A program made the position numbers and the translations under genes. The notes under the pieces were generated by a model. The model ran no database searches and was not told the DNA's origin. It was given only the letters and a program-made list of their open reading frames with translations. From Candidatus Pacearchaeota archaeon (lineage in GTDB: Archaea > Nanobdellota > Nanobdellia > Pacearchaeales > GW2011-AR1), in NCBI GenBank assembly GCA_018221285.1, contig JAAOYJ010000003.1, forward strand, positions 87,030 through 151,029: 64,000 bases of DNA. Reading direction: 5' to 3'. Shown piece by piece: positions 55,161-63,951 of this stretch. Position 1 is the first letter of the stretch, and every line of letters begins with the position of its first letter.

Positions 55161-58033
55161 TTTGTAACCTCCAGTTCATCAAATTCTCCCCACCCTCCAG
55201 AGTATCTTGTGAATTCTTCATTTATTAAAATATCGTCTCTGTAATTTATTTCAAATATCTTAATTGGTCCATGAACTCCTTGATAAACTAAAAATTTTTC
55301 TACACCTGAGATAGCTCCCTGCCTTTTTAGGTCGCTTAAAATCGGATGGTCTTCTGAATGGCCTAATTTCACAGAGGGATATCTTTTATCTGGATCATTC
55401 AACAAGAATAATTGAACTACTAAACTGTCTATTGTTCTCGGCCCAAAATATAATGCTGCTCCCATTTGGTCCATCTGCATCCCCGCTCCTGAAGAATAAG
55501 CCCTTGGAATAATTTTTATCCCTGCATTAAGTCCTTTGCCAAAATCAACTTTTTCTCCTCCAACATAAGCATATCTCAAAGGAATCCTAACTTGTTTTCC
55601 TTCATAAACAAACGCTCCTTGAGGTTGTTTTAATAAAGAACCACCTGCCTTATTATTTTTTTCAATATCTAAAACCACTCCTACCATATAAGATTTATAG
55701 CTTGGAGAACCAAACTCATTAAAGATTGCTCCAGGAAGAAAGATCGTAGACCCATTTTCTTCATAAATAATATCATCCCCCACCCCAGAAGTTCCGCCAT
55801 ATATCCGAGTTTCTCCTTTAGAAGTTTCTTGTGTTTGTTTAGGATCTGAAACTAGAGTCGTTATCATTGACATTCTATCCCATTCAGGATTGCTCCCTAT
55901 AGAACTATAGGCAGGGTATTTCCCAATATCTGTCTGATCAATTAATAAATAAGAAACATTATTAGATTTCATAAAACTCATAGCACTTTCTGGAATTGGG
56001 TTTGTTAAGATATATCTCCCAATTAAATGATCCCTAAATGTCCCTTCAAAATGCCCTCCGTCCGCAATCGTTGGCCTTTCTCCAAGATATTCAACCCAAT
56101 ATCCATAATCCCACCAGTGCGAAAATATAGCGTTTTCAGAGGTATTTTCTCTGGCCCATTCCATTGCATTTTGCCATTGCGCATTAGCAGAAGGCCCTGT
56201 GTATTTTCCTTGTTGTATAGAAGATTTTGCAGCACCCATGGAACCACTGGCTAAAGAAATCAATAAGATTCCAAGAACAATATAGGCCCCCCATTTCGCC
56301 AATTCTTCCTGACTTTCTTTAGCAAAGTCAAATAAATTTACCAAAGCATACCCTGACATAAAATATACAAACGGCGCAATAACAAAGAATAGTCTTATAG
56401 CCCCTCTACCAGAGATAAGCATAAAGATCATCCAGGATAGGATTAATATTAAATCACTTCTTAACTTTAATTTATCATTAAAATATAACCATAACAGATA
56501 CGCTCCAAAAATTATAAAACTCCCAAAATAAATCAATTTGCTCAGAAAATTATCTCCATTAAGAAGAGATGAAGAAGAAATTCTGCTAAATATAACCCCT
56601 GAAACAAATAAAATCCACAATACAGAAAAGAAAATTTTGTGTTTCTTTTTTCTAATTCCTTTTGAGATATTAACTCCAAGGAAAATCATTCCAAAATAAA
56701 ATGCCCAGAAAAAAGCCTTTCCAACTTGCCCAATCCATTCGTTTAAATAAGGCTGTTTGTTTTCAGCAACAGTAAGGCCTAATCTATCATTTCCAAAAGG
56801 GTCTAGGAATCTGGAGATTATCTCAAAAAATATCGAAAAGTTTCCTTTTACTATCGGCAAAAATAAAATAACTAACCCTCCTACGACCCCCATACTCAAT
56901 AAAATCCGATATTTTTTTAATTTACTCTTTTTCAAAAGTAAAGCACCGTTTTTTATCAATGCATAATCAACAAGGATGAATCCAAGAACAAATAAACTAA
57001 TGAGCCCGCTTGGGGTTAAAAAATGAGATTGTATTATGGATGAAAAAGAGAGTTTAAATAACATAGAAGAAAATATCGAAGATAAAATCCAAAAAACGTA
57101 GAACAATCCTAAACCATCTAACTTACTTGTTTGGGATTCTATGTCTTGTGTTTTAAGCAACCACATCACAAAAAAACTAAACGGAATAATCATAAAAATA
57201 TATTTTGAGATTCCCCCCCAACTCACAATGGTTAATACTGTCAGAAATCCTACTATTAATGCCATCCCAACTGTCTTGGGTAGATAATTTTTCGATTCAG
57301 ATTTTTTAACAAGATTTTTTAAACAATAAGAATATACAAGAAGTGTAAGAAGAAAAGAGAGCATTCCAATAGCCTCGTGGTCCGAAAACCCCGCCATTGT
57401 CCTATAGAGATAAGAAGGAGCAATTGCAAGAAAAAAGCTACTTAATAATGCAATTCTTTTAGAATCTGTCAGCGAATATATCAGAAAGAAAAATACGATA
57501 ATACCTAATATAAAAAATATAACTGGAGAAAGAACATCAATATGTTGTAAACTATAATCTCCAAATATATTCGCGATTTTCCACATCATCACAATTGTTT
57601 GGGGTAATATTTCTGTTGCAAATCCAGCGCCCCCCTTTAAAATCCTCATACTATCAACTGCTGGCAACACACCTCCATTATCGACTATTGTTTCAGCGAC
57701 TCTGAGGAAATAAAATGGGTCTAATGCAAGAGGGATATATTCTCCTGTTGTTTGGTCTTTAAGCAAATGTAAATTTTGAACCCTTATCCACGAACCAAAA
57801 ATAATAATTGCTAATAAAAGAATCCCAACTAAAATCCATTGGCCCTTTTTACTCTTAAAGAAATTAAAGATGTTTTGGCCCTCTCCTTTATAGTATATTC
57901 TTTCTATTTCAATAGGTGCTCCTTCTCCTTTAATCTGAACAGAACCGCTCTCTCCGGTTACCTCAACACCTTCCTTATCCACACTTATGACTTTATCTCT
58001 ATCATCAATTTTTATTGTATCTTCTCTATCCAT
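55157..58033 (-). CDS. aglB: oligosaccharyltransferase AglB (STT3 family)
   Basis: WWDYGYW motif (SHWWDYGYWVEY), an N-terminal domain with many (about 13) TM segments, and a large C-terminal soluble domain. Confidence 0.93.
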   Translation of the reverse strand: MDREDTIKIDDRDKVISVDKEGVEVTGESGSVQIKGEGAPIEIERIYYKGEGQNIFNFFKSKKGQWILVGILLLAIIIFGSWIRVQNLHLLKDQTTGEYIPLALDPFYFLRVAETIVDNGGVLPAVDSMRILKGGAGFATEILPQTIVMMWKIANIFGDYSLQHIDVLSPVIFFILGIIVFFFLIYSLTDSKRIALLSSFFLAIAPSYLYRTMAGFSDHEAIGMLSFLLTLLVYSYCLKNLVKKSESKNYLPKTVGMALIVGFLTVLTIVSWGGISKYIFMIIPFSFFVMWLLKTQDIESQTSKLDGLGLFYVFWILSSIFSSMLFKLSFSSIIQSHFLTPSGLISLFVLGFILVDYALIKNGALLLKKSKLKKYRILLSMGVVGGLVILFLPIVKGNFSIFFEIISRFLDPFGNDRLGLTVAENKQPYLNEWIGQVGKAFFWAFYFGMIFLGVNISKGIRKKKHKIFFSVLWILFVSGVIFSRISSSSLLNGDNFLSKLIYFGSFIIFGAYLLWLYFNDKLKLRSDLILILSWMIFMLISGRGAIRLFFVIAPFVYFMSGYALVNLFDFAKESQEELAKWGAYIVLGILLISLASGSMGAAKSSIQQGKYTGPSANAQWQNAMEWARENTSENAIFSHWWDYGYWVEYLGERPTIADGGHFEGTFRDHLIGRYILTNPIPESAMSFMKSNNVSYLLIDQTDIGKYPAYSSIGSNPEWDRMSMITTLVSDPKQTQETSKGETRIYGGTSGVGDDIIYEENGSTIFLPGAIFNEFGSPSYKSYMVGVVLDIEKNNKAGGSLLKQPQGAFVYEGKQVRIPLRYAYVGGEKVDFGKGLNAGIKIIPRAYSSGAGMQMDQMGAALYFGPRTIDSLVVQLFLLNDPDKRYPSVKLGHSEDHPILSDLKRQGAISGVEKFLVYQGVHGPIKIFEINYRDDILINEEFTRYSGGWGEFDELEVTK

Positions 58034-58070
58034 TTTAATCCAAAAGCAGAATCATTTTAAAATCTTTAGT

Positions 58071-59057
58071 TTACAAAAGAATCAAAAGTCCTAATAGAAT
58101 CACAACAATCTGAAACCAATTAATCAAATAAACAACCTCTTTTTCATGAACTTTCTTATCTTTCTTATATTTCTTTAATAAATCAATTGCAAGATGTTCC
58201 AGCCCATAAATCTTGTCGTAAGGTTTTTCTAAACTTCCATCATTGTTCACTTTAGCAAAACTTTCTTTATTTAAGCCGCCCCTTAATTTCAATCCAGTCT
58301 CAATTATATAAGGAATAAAAAAGAAGACAGCAATTTTTTCTATATTCCCTATTATTGCAATCATAGCAATCATCGAACCTACAGGGTAAGTTAAGGTGTC
58401 TCCTGGAAAAATCTTTGCAGGATATTTATTGAAGATGTAAAAAGCAAAAAGTGAAGCAACCATATAAAGTGCAATCAAGCTCAACCAAGTATTTCCTGTC
58501 ACATAGGTCACAAACGCAAGTGCAGACAAGATTATTATTCCTTGGCTTGCTTCTAGCCCATTGTACCCTGCTAAGAAGTTGTATGTTGTTGTCGCGCCAA
58601 CAATTCCTAATGGAATAAAGAACAAAGGATATAGTAGCCCGAATTCTATCCCCATCATTGTAGATTCTCCTGCATTAATTACCATCAAAGGTATGGCAGA
58701 GAATAAAATAAGAATAATTCGGTGCCTTTTCCTTAGCCCTCCTTTTCTCCATCCAAGAAAGTCATCTATGAGTCCCACCAATAAACTGATAAATAAAACA
58801 CTCAACATAGCGAAAATAGAAGTTGTTATAACATCTGTTTTGAAATAGAATGTCTTTAATGCAACGTATAATAAGATTCCTACCACAGTTCCTAATAAGA
58901 CAATTATTCCTCCAGAACCTGCAACATCAATCCCACCTGATTTATTCATATCTTTCCATACAAGCCCAATCTGTTCAGCTTTCTTTATCCAAAACGGAAT
59001 CACAAAAAACGTGCAAAAGAAACTAACAACTATTGTGATTAGTAATATTGGTTCCAT
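58071..59057 (-). CDS. polyprenyl-phosphate GlcNAc-1-phosphate transferase (MraY/WecA/AglH family)
   Basis: About 10 TM segments. GLIDDF motif, NF.AG.NGLE, PGD. Confidence 0.85.
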   Translation of the reverse strand: MEPILLITIVVSFFCTFFVIPFWIKKAEQIGLVWKDMNKSGGIDVAGSGGIIVLLGTVVGILLYVALKTFYFKTDVITTSIFAMLSVLFISLLVGLIDDFLGWRKGGLRKRHRIILILFSAIPLMVINAGESTMMGIEFGLLYPLFFIPLGIVGATTTYNFLAGYNGLEASQGIIILSALAFVTYVTGNTWLSLIALYMVASLFAFYIFNKYPAKIFPGDTLTYPVGSMIAMIAIIGNIEKIAVFFFIPYIIETGLKLRGGLNKESFAKVNNDGSLEKPYDKIYGLEHLAIDLLKKYKKDKKVHEKEVVYLINWFQIVVILLGLLILL

Positions 59058-59096
59058 AAAATAAACTATCTCCCTATGCTTTTAAAACTTTTTCAA

Positions 59097-59234
59097 TTAG
59101 ACTTCTTCTAACAAATCTTCAGCACTCGGCTCTTTGATAACTCTAGGCTTTCTACAATAAGGACATTTTTTACCTGTCTGATTAGATTCAGATTTAAACT
59201 TAAAATTGCACTCTTGACATGTGTATCTAGCCAT
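59097..59234 (-). CDS. 45-aa zinc-ribbon protein (below the ORF-track length cut-off)
   Basis: My own translation: MARYTCQECNFKFKSESNQTGKKCPYCRKPRVIKEPSAEDLLEEV. CxxC-N16-CxxC. Starts 7 nt after the upstream gene. Confidence 0.5.
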   Translation of the reverse strand: MARYTCQECNFKFKSESNQTGKKCPYCRKPRVIKEPSAEDLLEEV

Positions 59235-59241
59235 TTTATTA

Positions 59242-60099
59242 TTAATTGAATAACAGTGGAGTAAAATATACTTCAACTATTGCAGCAACTAAGAGGATAA
59301 TTATTGCAATAAAAAGTAATATGACAGTGTTTTCTACAACCCTCAGGAATTTTTTGTTTCTTATGCCGTTTCTCAGTGCTCCAACCCCGAATATCCCTCC
59401 TGCCAACGCAGTTATGAAATAAGCAACAATTTCAGGGAATCCATGGATCATATATCTTGTAACTCCCATTGGGATCCCACTTAGTTTATATCTGCTGAAG
59501 ATCCCTATTGCAGCGGCAATCACACTTGCGTTCCAAACTAAGACAAATAGAGCTCCCGCCCCAAATATCAGCGAGAATATCAACGTGAATATCATAACAT
59601 AAACATTGTTCTCAATTATTGATAATAGCCTCCCTTCTTTAGACGCTGCTCCTGTTACAGAGGGTGCCAATGAATTTCTCACACAATCTTCAACTCCTCC
59701 AGGGCTGTTTATTTGGCAATAGGTTTCAATCTGGAAATTAAGTAGATTAGGATTATCTAAATAAATATACCAGAAAGAGAATGCAATAATAAATCCTAGG
59801 AATAGCCACATAAACGAGTATACAGCGTCCTTGTGAACTCTCCAGACACTAAGCAGGCCTTCTACTTGCTCGTCCTCAGCTTCTTCTTGTTTAATCATGA
59901 AATACATATAGGGTAGAGAGAACATAATGCAGAACGCAACAACAGTCATTCCTGAGGCATTTGATAGAACAGGATCACTTCCAAAAAACCAGTGTACAAG
60001 TATAAGAGAAAGGGATGCATAAATCAGGCCAACAAAGAACATTTTCCATGGCCCTTTTTCAGCACTTCTCGGATTGATTATCGCCTCTAGCATACTCAT
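59242..60099 (-). CDS. SpoIIM/DUF95-family membrane protein
   Basis: 285 aa, polytopic. C-terminal HGFPEI motif typical of the family. Confidence 0.6.
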   Translation of the reverse strand: MSMLEAIINPRSAEKGPWKMFFVGLIYASLSLILVHWFFGSDPVLSNASGMTVVAFCIMFSLPYMYFMIKQEEAEDEQVEGLLSVWRVHKDAVYSFMWLFLGFIIAFSFWYIYLDNPNLLNFQIETYCQINSPGGVEDCVRNSLAPSVTGAASKEGRLLSIIENNVYVMIFTLIFSLIFGAGALFVLVWNASVIAAAIGIFSRYKLSGIPMGVTRYMIHGFPEIVAYFITALAGGIFGVGALRNGIRNKKFLRVVENTVILLFIAIIILLVAAIVEVYFTPLLFN

Positions 60100-60148
60100 A
60101 CTAAAAAAAGAGATTTTTTAAACTTTCGTTAATTCATTCACCTATAAG

Positions 60149-60925
60149 ATGAGTAACAAAAAGAGATTCAACAAAATCGTCAAGGACATCAAGGACTTGA
60201 AGATTCAAGGAGCTAGCAATGTTGCTAAGGCTAGTCTGAGAGCATACAAATTAATCCCTTCCAAATCTTCTAAACAAAGACTTCTCAAAGCAAGACCAAC
60301 AGAGCCAATGATGGAAAATGTTTTGGACTTGGCAGAGAAAACCAAAGACTACAAAAAGATTCTAGCGCACTTTGATGAAGCCCAGGAAAAGATAAACAAA
60401 AAAGTTTTGAAGTTAATTGGAAACAAAAAAGTAATCTTTACACATTGCCATAGCACAAACGTAATCAAATCCCTAATCTACGCAAAAAAGAAAGGAAAGA
60501 AGTTCGAAGTATATAACACTGAGACAAGGCCTCTGTTCCAAGGAAGAAAAACAGCCAGAGACCTAAAAAAAGCAGGAATCAAAGTTACAATGTTTGTAGA
60601 CAGCGCACTCGGCGTAGCACTATCCAAAGAGCAAGGCACAAAAAAAGCAGACATGGTTTTACTAGGAGCAGACGCATTAACAAAGAGCGGAGTCATCAAC
60701 AAGATAGGAAGCGAGACAATAGCAAACATAGCAAAGGACAACAAGATTCCTGTTTACATCGTCGCTGATTCTTGGAAGTTCACAAAGAGCAAAGTCCTAA
60801 TGGAAGGCAGGAAGATGAATGAGGTTTGGGCCAAAGCCCCCAAAGGAATCAAAGTAAAGAACCCTGCTTTTGAATTCGTGCCAAAGAAATATATTACTGG
60901 AATCATAACGGATAAAACCAAGTAG
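60149..60925 (+). CDS. eIF-2B alpha/beta/delta-family protein (ribose-1,5-bisphosphate isomerase-like)
   Basis: THCHS, ETRP..QG, LGADA family motifs. Confidence 0.75.
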   Translation: MSNKKRFNKIVKDIKDLKIQGASNVAKASLRAYKLIPSKSSKQRLLKARPTEPMMENVLDLAEKTKDYKKILAHFDEAQEKINKKVLKLIGNKKVIFTHCHSTNVIKSLIYAKKKGKKFEVYNTETRPLFQGRKTARDLKKAGIKVTMFVDSALGVALSKEQGTKKADMVLLGADALTKSGVINKIGSETIANIAKDNKIPVYIVADSWKFTKSKVLMEGRKMNEVWAKAPKGIKVKNPAFEFVPKKYITGIITDKTK

Positions 60926-60960
60926 AAATACTTATATAGTAACTATAACTACTATATAAC

Positions 60961-61197
60961 ATGGAAAAAACAACAATTCAAGTTAGTTCAGATACTCTTG
61001 AAAGATTAAAGATGTTCAAGCAGCATGAAAGGGATTCTTATGATGTTACTTTGAATATTCTCTTGGATGAGACTGAAGAGGATGTTCTTAGCGAAGAGGA
61101 AATCGAGGATATTAAGATTGCTTTGGAAGAAGTTAAAAGAGGAGAAGTTTATCCTATAGAAGATGTTGCAAGAGAGTTGGGAGTAAAGCTGGAATAA
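60961..61197 (+). CDS. putative antitoxin (N-terminal ribbon-helix-helix-like)
   Basis: 78 aa, acidic. Ends 1 nt before the RelE-like gene. Confidence 0.55.
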   Translation: MEKTTIQVSSDTLERLKMFKQHERDSYDVTLNILLDETEEDVLSEEEIEDIKIALEEVKRGEVYPIEDVARELGVKLE

Positions 61198-61198
61198 A

Positions 61199-61459
61199 AT
61201 GTATTCTGTTAAGTTTTCTAAAAATGCTAAAAATTTCCTAAAAAAAGTTCCAAGACAAGATCATGAAATAATATTAAAGAAAATTTATTCATTAAGAGAT
61301 AACCCTTTTAGATTCCTGAAAAGATTAAGAGGGCGCAAACTATGGAGATTAAGAGTTCTAAAATATAGGGCAATCATCGACGTTGTAGTATCAGGCAGAA
61401 AAATTATTGTATTAAGAATTGGCTATCGAAAGGATGTTTACAAAGAGAAGACGAAGTAG
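61199..61459 (+). CDS. RelE/ParE-family type II toxin
   Basis: 86 aa. F.K....LKK.P..... I.KKI..L..NP ... LWRLRV..YR.I. ... I.VL.IG.RKDVY. Confidence 0.8.
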   Translation: MYSVKFSKNAKNFLKKVPRQDHEIILKKIYSLRDNPFRFLKRLRGRKLWRLRVLKYRAIIDVVVSGRKIIVLRIGYRKDVYKEKTK

Positions 61460-61508
61460 AAACAGAGAACTCCAAATAGAAAGATTTATATACAAGTTAC
61501 CATTATTT

Positions 61509-61850
61509 ATGTGTATGAATATTAGTAAGAAAGACTTGTTGAGAGTTAATCATGGCTTTGGAGGAAACCTTAGAAGTGACTCTAGTTTGGACTTTGCATT
61601 TGATAAATTAGAAGATAAGAAGATAGGTTTGTACAAGAAACTTGCTTATCTATTAAGAGCAATCCTTGTGGATCATCCATTTTCAGACGGAAATAAGAGA
61701 ACAGCAATGTTCTTGGCTTTTGCTTTTGCAAAAGAGAACAAGAAAGAAGTAAACAGAGATTTGCTAATACATCATATAACTTCAATAGCAAAGGATAATA
61801 TTCAGGAAATAAAGAACATTGATTGGAGGTTAAAGAGCGCAATCAAATAA
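61509..61850 (+). CDS. Doc (death-on-curing)/Fic-family toxin
   Basis: Fic motif HPFSDGNKRTA. ATG at 61509 or 61515 is preferred over the ORF-track start 61419, which overlaps relE. Confidence 0.8.
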   Translation: MCMNISKKDLLRVNHGFGGNLRSDSSLDFAFDKLEDKKIGLYKKLAYLLRAILVDHPFSDGNKRTAMFLAFAFAKENKKEVNRDLLIHHITSIAKDNIQEIKNIDWRLKSAIK

Positions 61851-61851
61851 A

Positions 61852-62058
61852 ATGAAAGTTTCAGAAATAAACCAAATATTGAAAGAGAACAAAGAAGCTT
61901 TTGAAATCCTTGAAAACTATGACAAGACTCATGAGCTTCCTTTTCAGAGAAAGAGAATCGACATAACCCTATCAGTGGCAACCATAAACAAACTAAAGGA
62001 AATGAAAAAGAAAACAGGAAAGCCAATATCCAGGATTATAGAGGAGCGGTTTTTGTGA
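61852..62058 (+). CDS. ribbon-helix-helix (CopG-like) protein, candidate antitoxin downstream of Doc
   Basis: C-terminal KRIDITLSVATINKLKEMKKKTGKPISRIIEERF. Starts 1 nt after the Doc stop. Confidence 0.6.
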   Translation: MKVSEINQILKENKEAFEILENYDKTHELPFQRKRIDITLSVATINKLKEMKKKTGKPISRIIEERFL

Positions 62059-63204
62059 TTAAGGAGAATAAACCTTGCCTTCACTAATAACTATAATATC
62101 TGGGATAGCATTTCTTATATCTGCTCCACCAACATAATTGCCAGGTATCTTCCCTACCACATAATAATCTGTTGCCTCAATAAAACAATAACCTGTTTTG
62201 AAATTACTTTCGTCATAAGGACATTCTACACCCACAGCCATATGCATTTCGTCATCATAATCAAATAATGCTACCCCATACCCTAATTTTGTTAGTAATT
62301 TAGCTAAAAGCAGAGACTTCTCTCCACAAACCCCTCTATTGGTATAAAGTGTTTCATAAGGATATTTTACATGTCCTGAAGACGATTCGTAAGTAGCCCA
62401 ATCATAAGGAATCCCTTGTACAAACCTCACAAGAGTTCTTACAGCAATATCTCCGTCATCATTCGTTGCTTCAATAGTTTGGTTAACAATATCATCTATT
62501 ACATAATCATCATAAGAGTTTGTTAAAAACATAGTCCAATACTCTGTTTTCCATCCAGCAGGAGGTTCTGAATAACTCGAATAAGAGGAATAAGTATATT
62601 CGCGGGGAGCATCGTACATAAAATAATCATAAACACTCCCATGCAAAGTCAATTCAATTTTATTTAAACGGGTGGATTTAACAACAAAGGATTTATTTAT
62701 TGCATTTTCATGAGGGAGAGAATAAGGTGTGGTAAAATCCTCATACATCATCTTAAAGCCAGTGATGGAACTATTCAAGTAACTACTAATTTTTCCAGGA
62801 TTGTTCCCGTAGTATTGAAGTGCAAGATATATAATAAATAAGACAACTAAAATTTTAATTATATCTTTTATTAGCTTTCTATTCTTCCACCAGAATTTTC
62901 TTAACTTCGAATTAAAAGAAGGTTGATGTTTAGTTGGTTGTCGTCGGTGTTTTCTTTTCTTAGGCCTATGTTTTGCAGGCCTATCGTATTTATATGATTT
63001 AAACGTTCCATGATCTTTCTTTGAGGGGAATGAACCCTTAACCGCTCTCTGCCATCTTTCTTGATTTCCTTTTTTATATTCCTTAAGTCCAGGGCAAGAA
63101 TGATCTTCTGGAAGCCTATGGTTACTACAATATTTTTCATTACAATATCGACACTTAAACGGAAAATTCTTTATTTTTCTCCCGCAATAAGAACATCGAG
63201 TCAT
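62059..63204 (-). CDS. AN1-type zinc finger / single TM / transglutaminase-like cysteine protease domain protein
   Basis: N-terminal C-x2-C-x10-C-x2-C-x4-C-x2-H-x5-H-x-C (exact AN1 spacing). TM IIKILVVLFIIYLALQYY. C-terminal RGVCGEKSLLLAKLL ... HMAVGV ... transglutaminase core. Confidence 0.75.
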   Translation of the reverse strand: MTRCSYCGRKIKNFPFKCRYCNEKYCSNHRLPEDHSCPGLKEYKKGNQERWQRAVKGSFPSKKDHGTFKSYKYDRPAKHRPKKRKHRRQPTKHQPSFNSKLRKFWWKNRKLIKDIIKILVVLFIIYLALQYYGNNPGKISSYLNSSITGFKMMYEDFTTPYSLPHENAINKSFVVKSTRLNKIELTLHGSVYDYFMYDAPREYTYSSYSSYSEPPAGWKTEYWTMFLTNSYDDYVIDDIVNQTIEATNDDGDIAVRTLVRFVQGIPYDWATYESSSGHVKYPYETLYTNRGVCGEKSLLLAKLLTKLGYGVALFDYDDEMHMAVGVECPYDESNFKTGYCFIEATDYYVVGKIPGNYVGGADIRNAIPDIIVISEGKVYSP

Positions 63205-63245
63205 AAAATTATATAGAATCAGACTGCCTTAAACTTTTCCCTTCT

Positions 63246-63339
63246 CTACTTCCCCCACATATACCCAATCAAAAATCCAACACCAAGCCCAATCATTGTA
63301 AATGCTGCGACTTGTCCGATAAGCATCCCAATACCAATT
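63246..63339 (-). pseudogene. truncated duplicate of the 3' part of the small membrane-protein gene at 63769-63951
   Basis: 94 nt match 63769-63862 with 3 mismatches (manual alignment). Encodes ...IGIGMLIGQVAAFTMIGLGVGFLIGYMWGK* but lacks the N-terminal part. Confidence 0.7.
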
Positions 63340-63372
63340 TTTAGAACAACTAAAAATACTTTTTAAAATTAA

Positions 63373-63705
63373 TCACGGACGATCGTGTTTTACTCTTGTT
63401 CTGTGCATAACATATTTATTGACCTTATATGTAAATTTTGCCCCAATTATAATCTCTTGATCTCCTTTAAAATCTAATGCCTCACATTCTTCAGCCCCAT
63501 GAGGAAAGTTTATTGCCCCTTCATAAGTTTTTCCCATCGGGCTTAAATGTATTTTACCTCCTAAACGCATTACACCAATTTTTTCATCTTTTTTTAAGTT
63601 AGGAAAAGGATCATAATCATGGGGCAATGCACTTAAATCTACTCTTAAGCTGTCTACTTCTCCAAAAGTGTTAAGAGAATTTACTAACATATGTTCTACT
63701 TTCAT
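63373..63705 (-). CDS. hypothetical protein
   Basis: 110-aa ORF with ATG start. No motif recognised. Confidence 0.45.
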   Translation of the reverse strand: MKVEHMLVNSLNTFGEVDSLRVDLSALPHDYDPFPNLKKDEKIGVMRLGGKIHLSPMGKTYEGAINFPHGAEECEALDFKGDQEIIIGAKFTYKVNKYVMHRTRVKHDRP

Positions 63706-63768
63706 GGTTTAATTAAATAAGAATCTCTTTTAAGGATTTATATATCTTAAAATATATATTCCTCCTCG

Positions 63769-63951
63769 CTACTTCCCCCACATATACCCGATCAAAAATC
63801 CAACACCAAGCCCAATCATTGTAAATGCTGCGACTTGTCCGATAAGCAGTCCAATACCAATTCCAATCAAAAGCCCAGCAGGTATCGCCATTCCTGATCT
63901 ATCATCTTTAGCACCTTTTGCCTCTTTCTTCTTTTGTTTTTTCTTTGCCAT
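63769..63951 (-). CDS. small Lys-rich N-terminus / glycine-zipper membrane protein
   Basis: 60 aa. MAKKKQKKKEAKGAK, then GLLIGIGIGLLIG...GLGVGFLIG. GGAGG 8 nt upstream of the ATG. Confidence 0.55.
   Translation of the reverse strand: MAKKKQKKKEAKGAKDDRSGMAIPAGLLIGIGIGLLIGQVAAFTMIGLGVGFLIGYMWGK

Noticed and set aside
61419-61508. Long 5' extension of the Doc ORF overlapping relE by 41 nt
   Set aside because: The extension (MAIERMFTKRRRSRNREL...) is unrelated to Fic/Doc folds. In-frame ATGs at 61509 and 61515 give a protein of standard Doc length.
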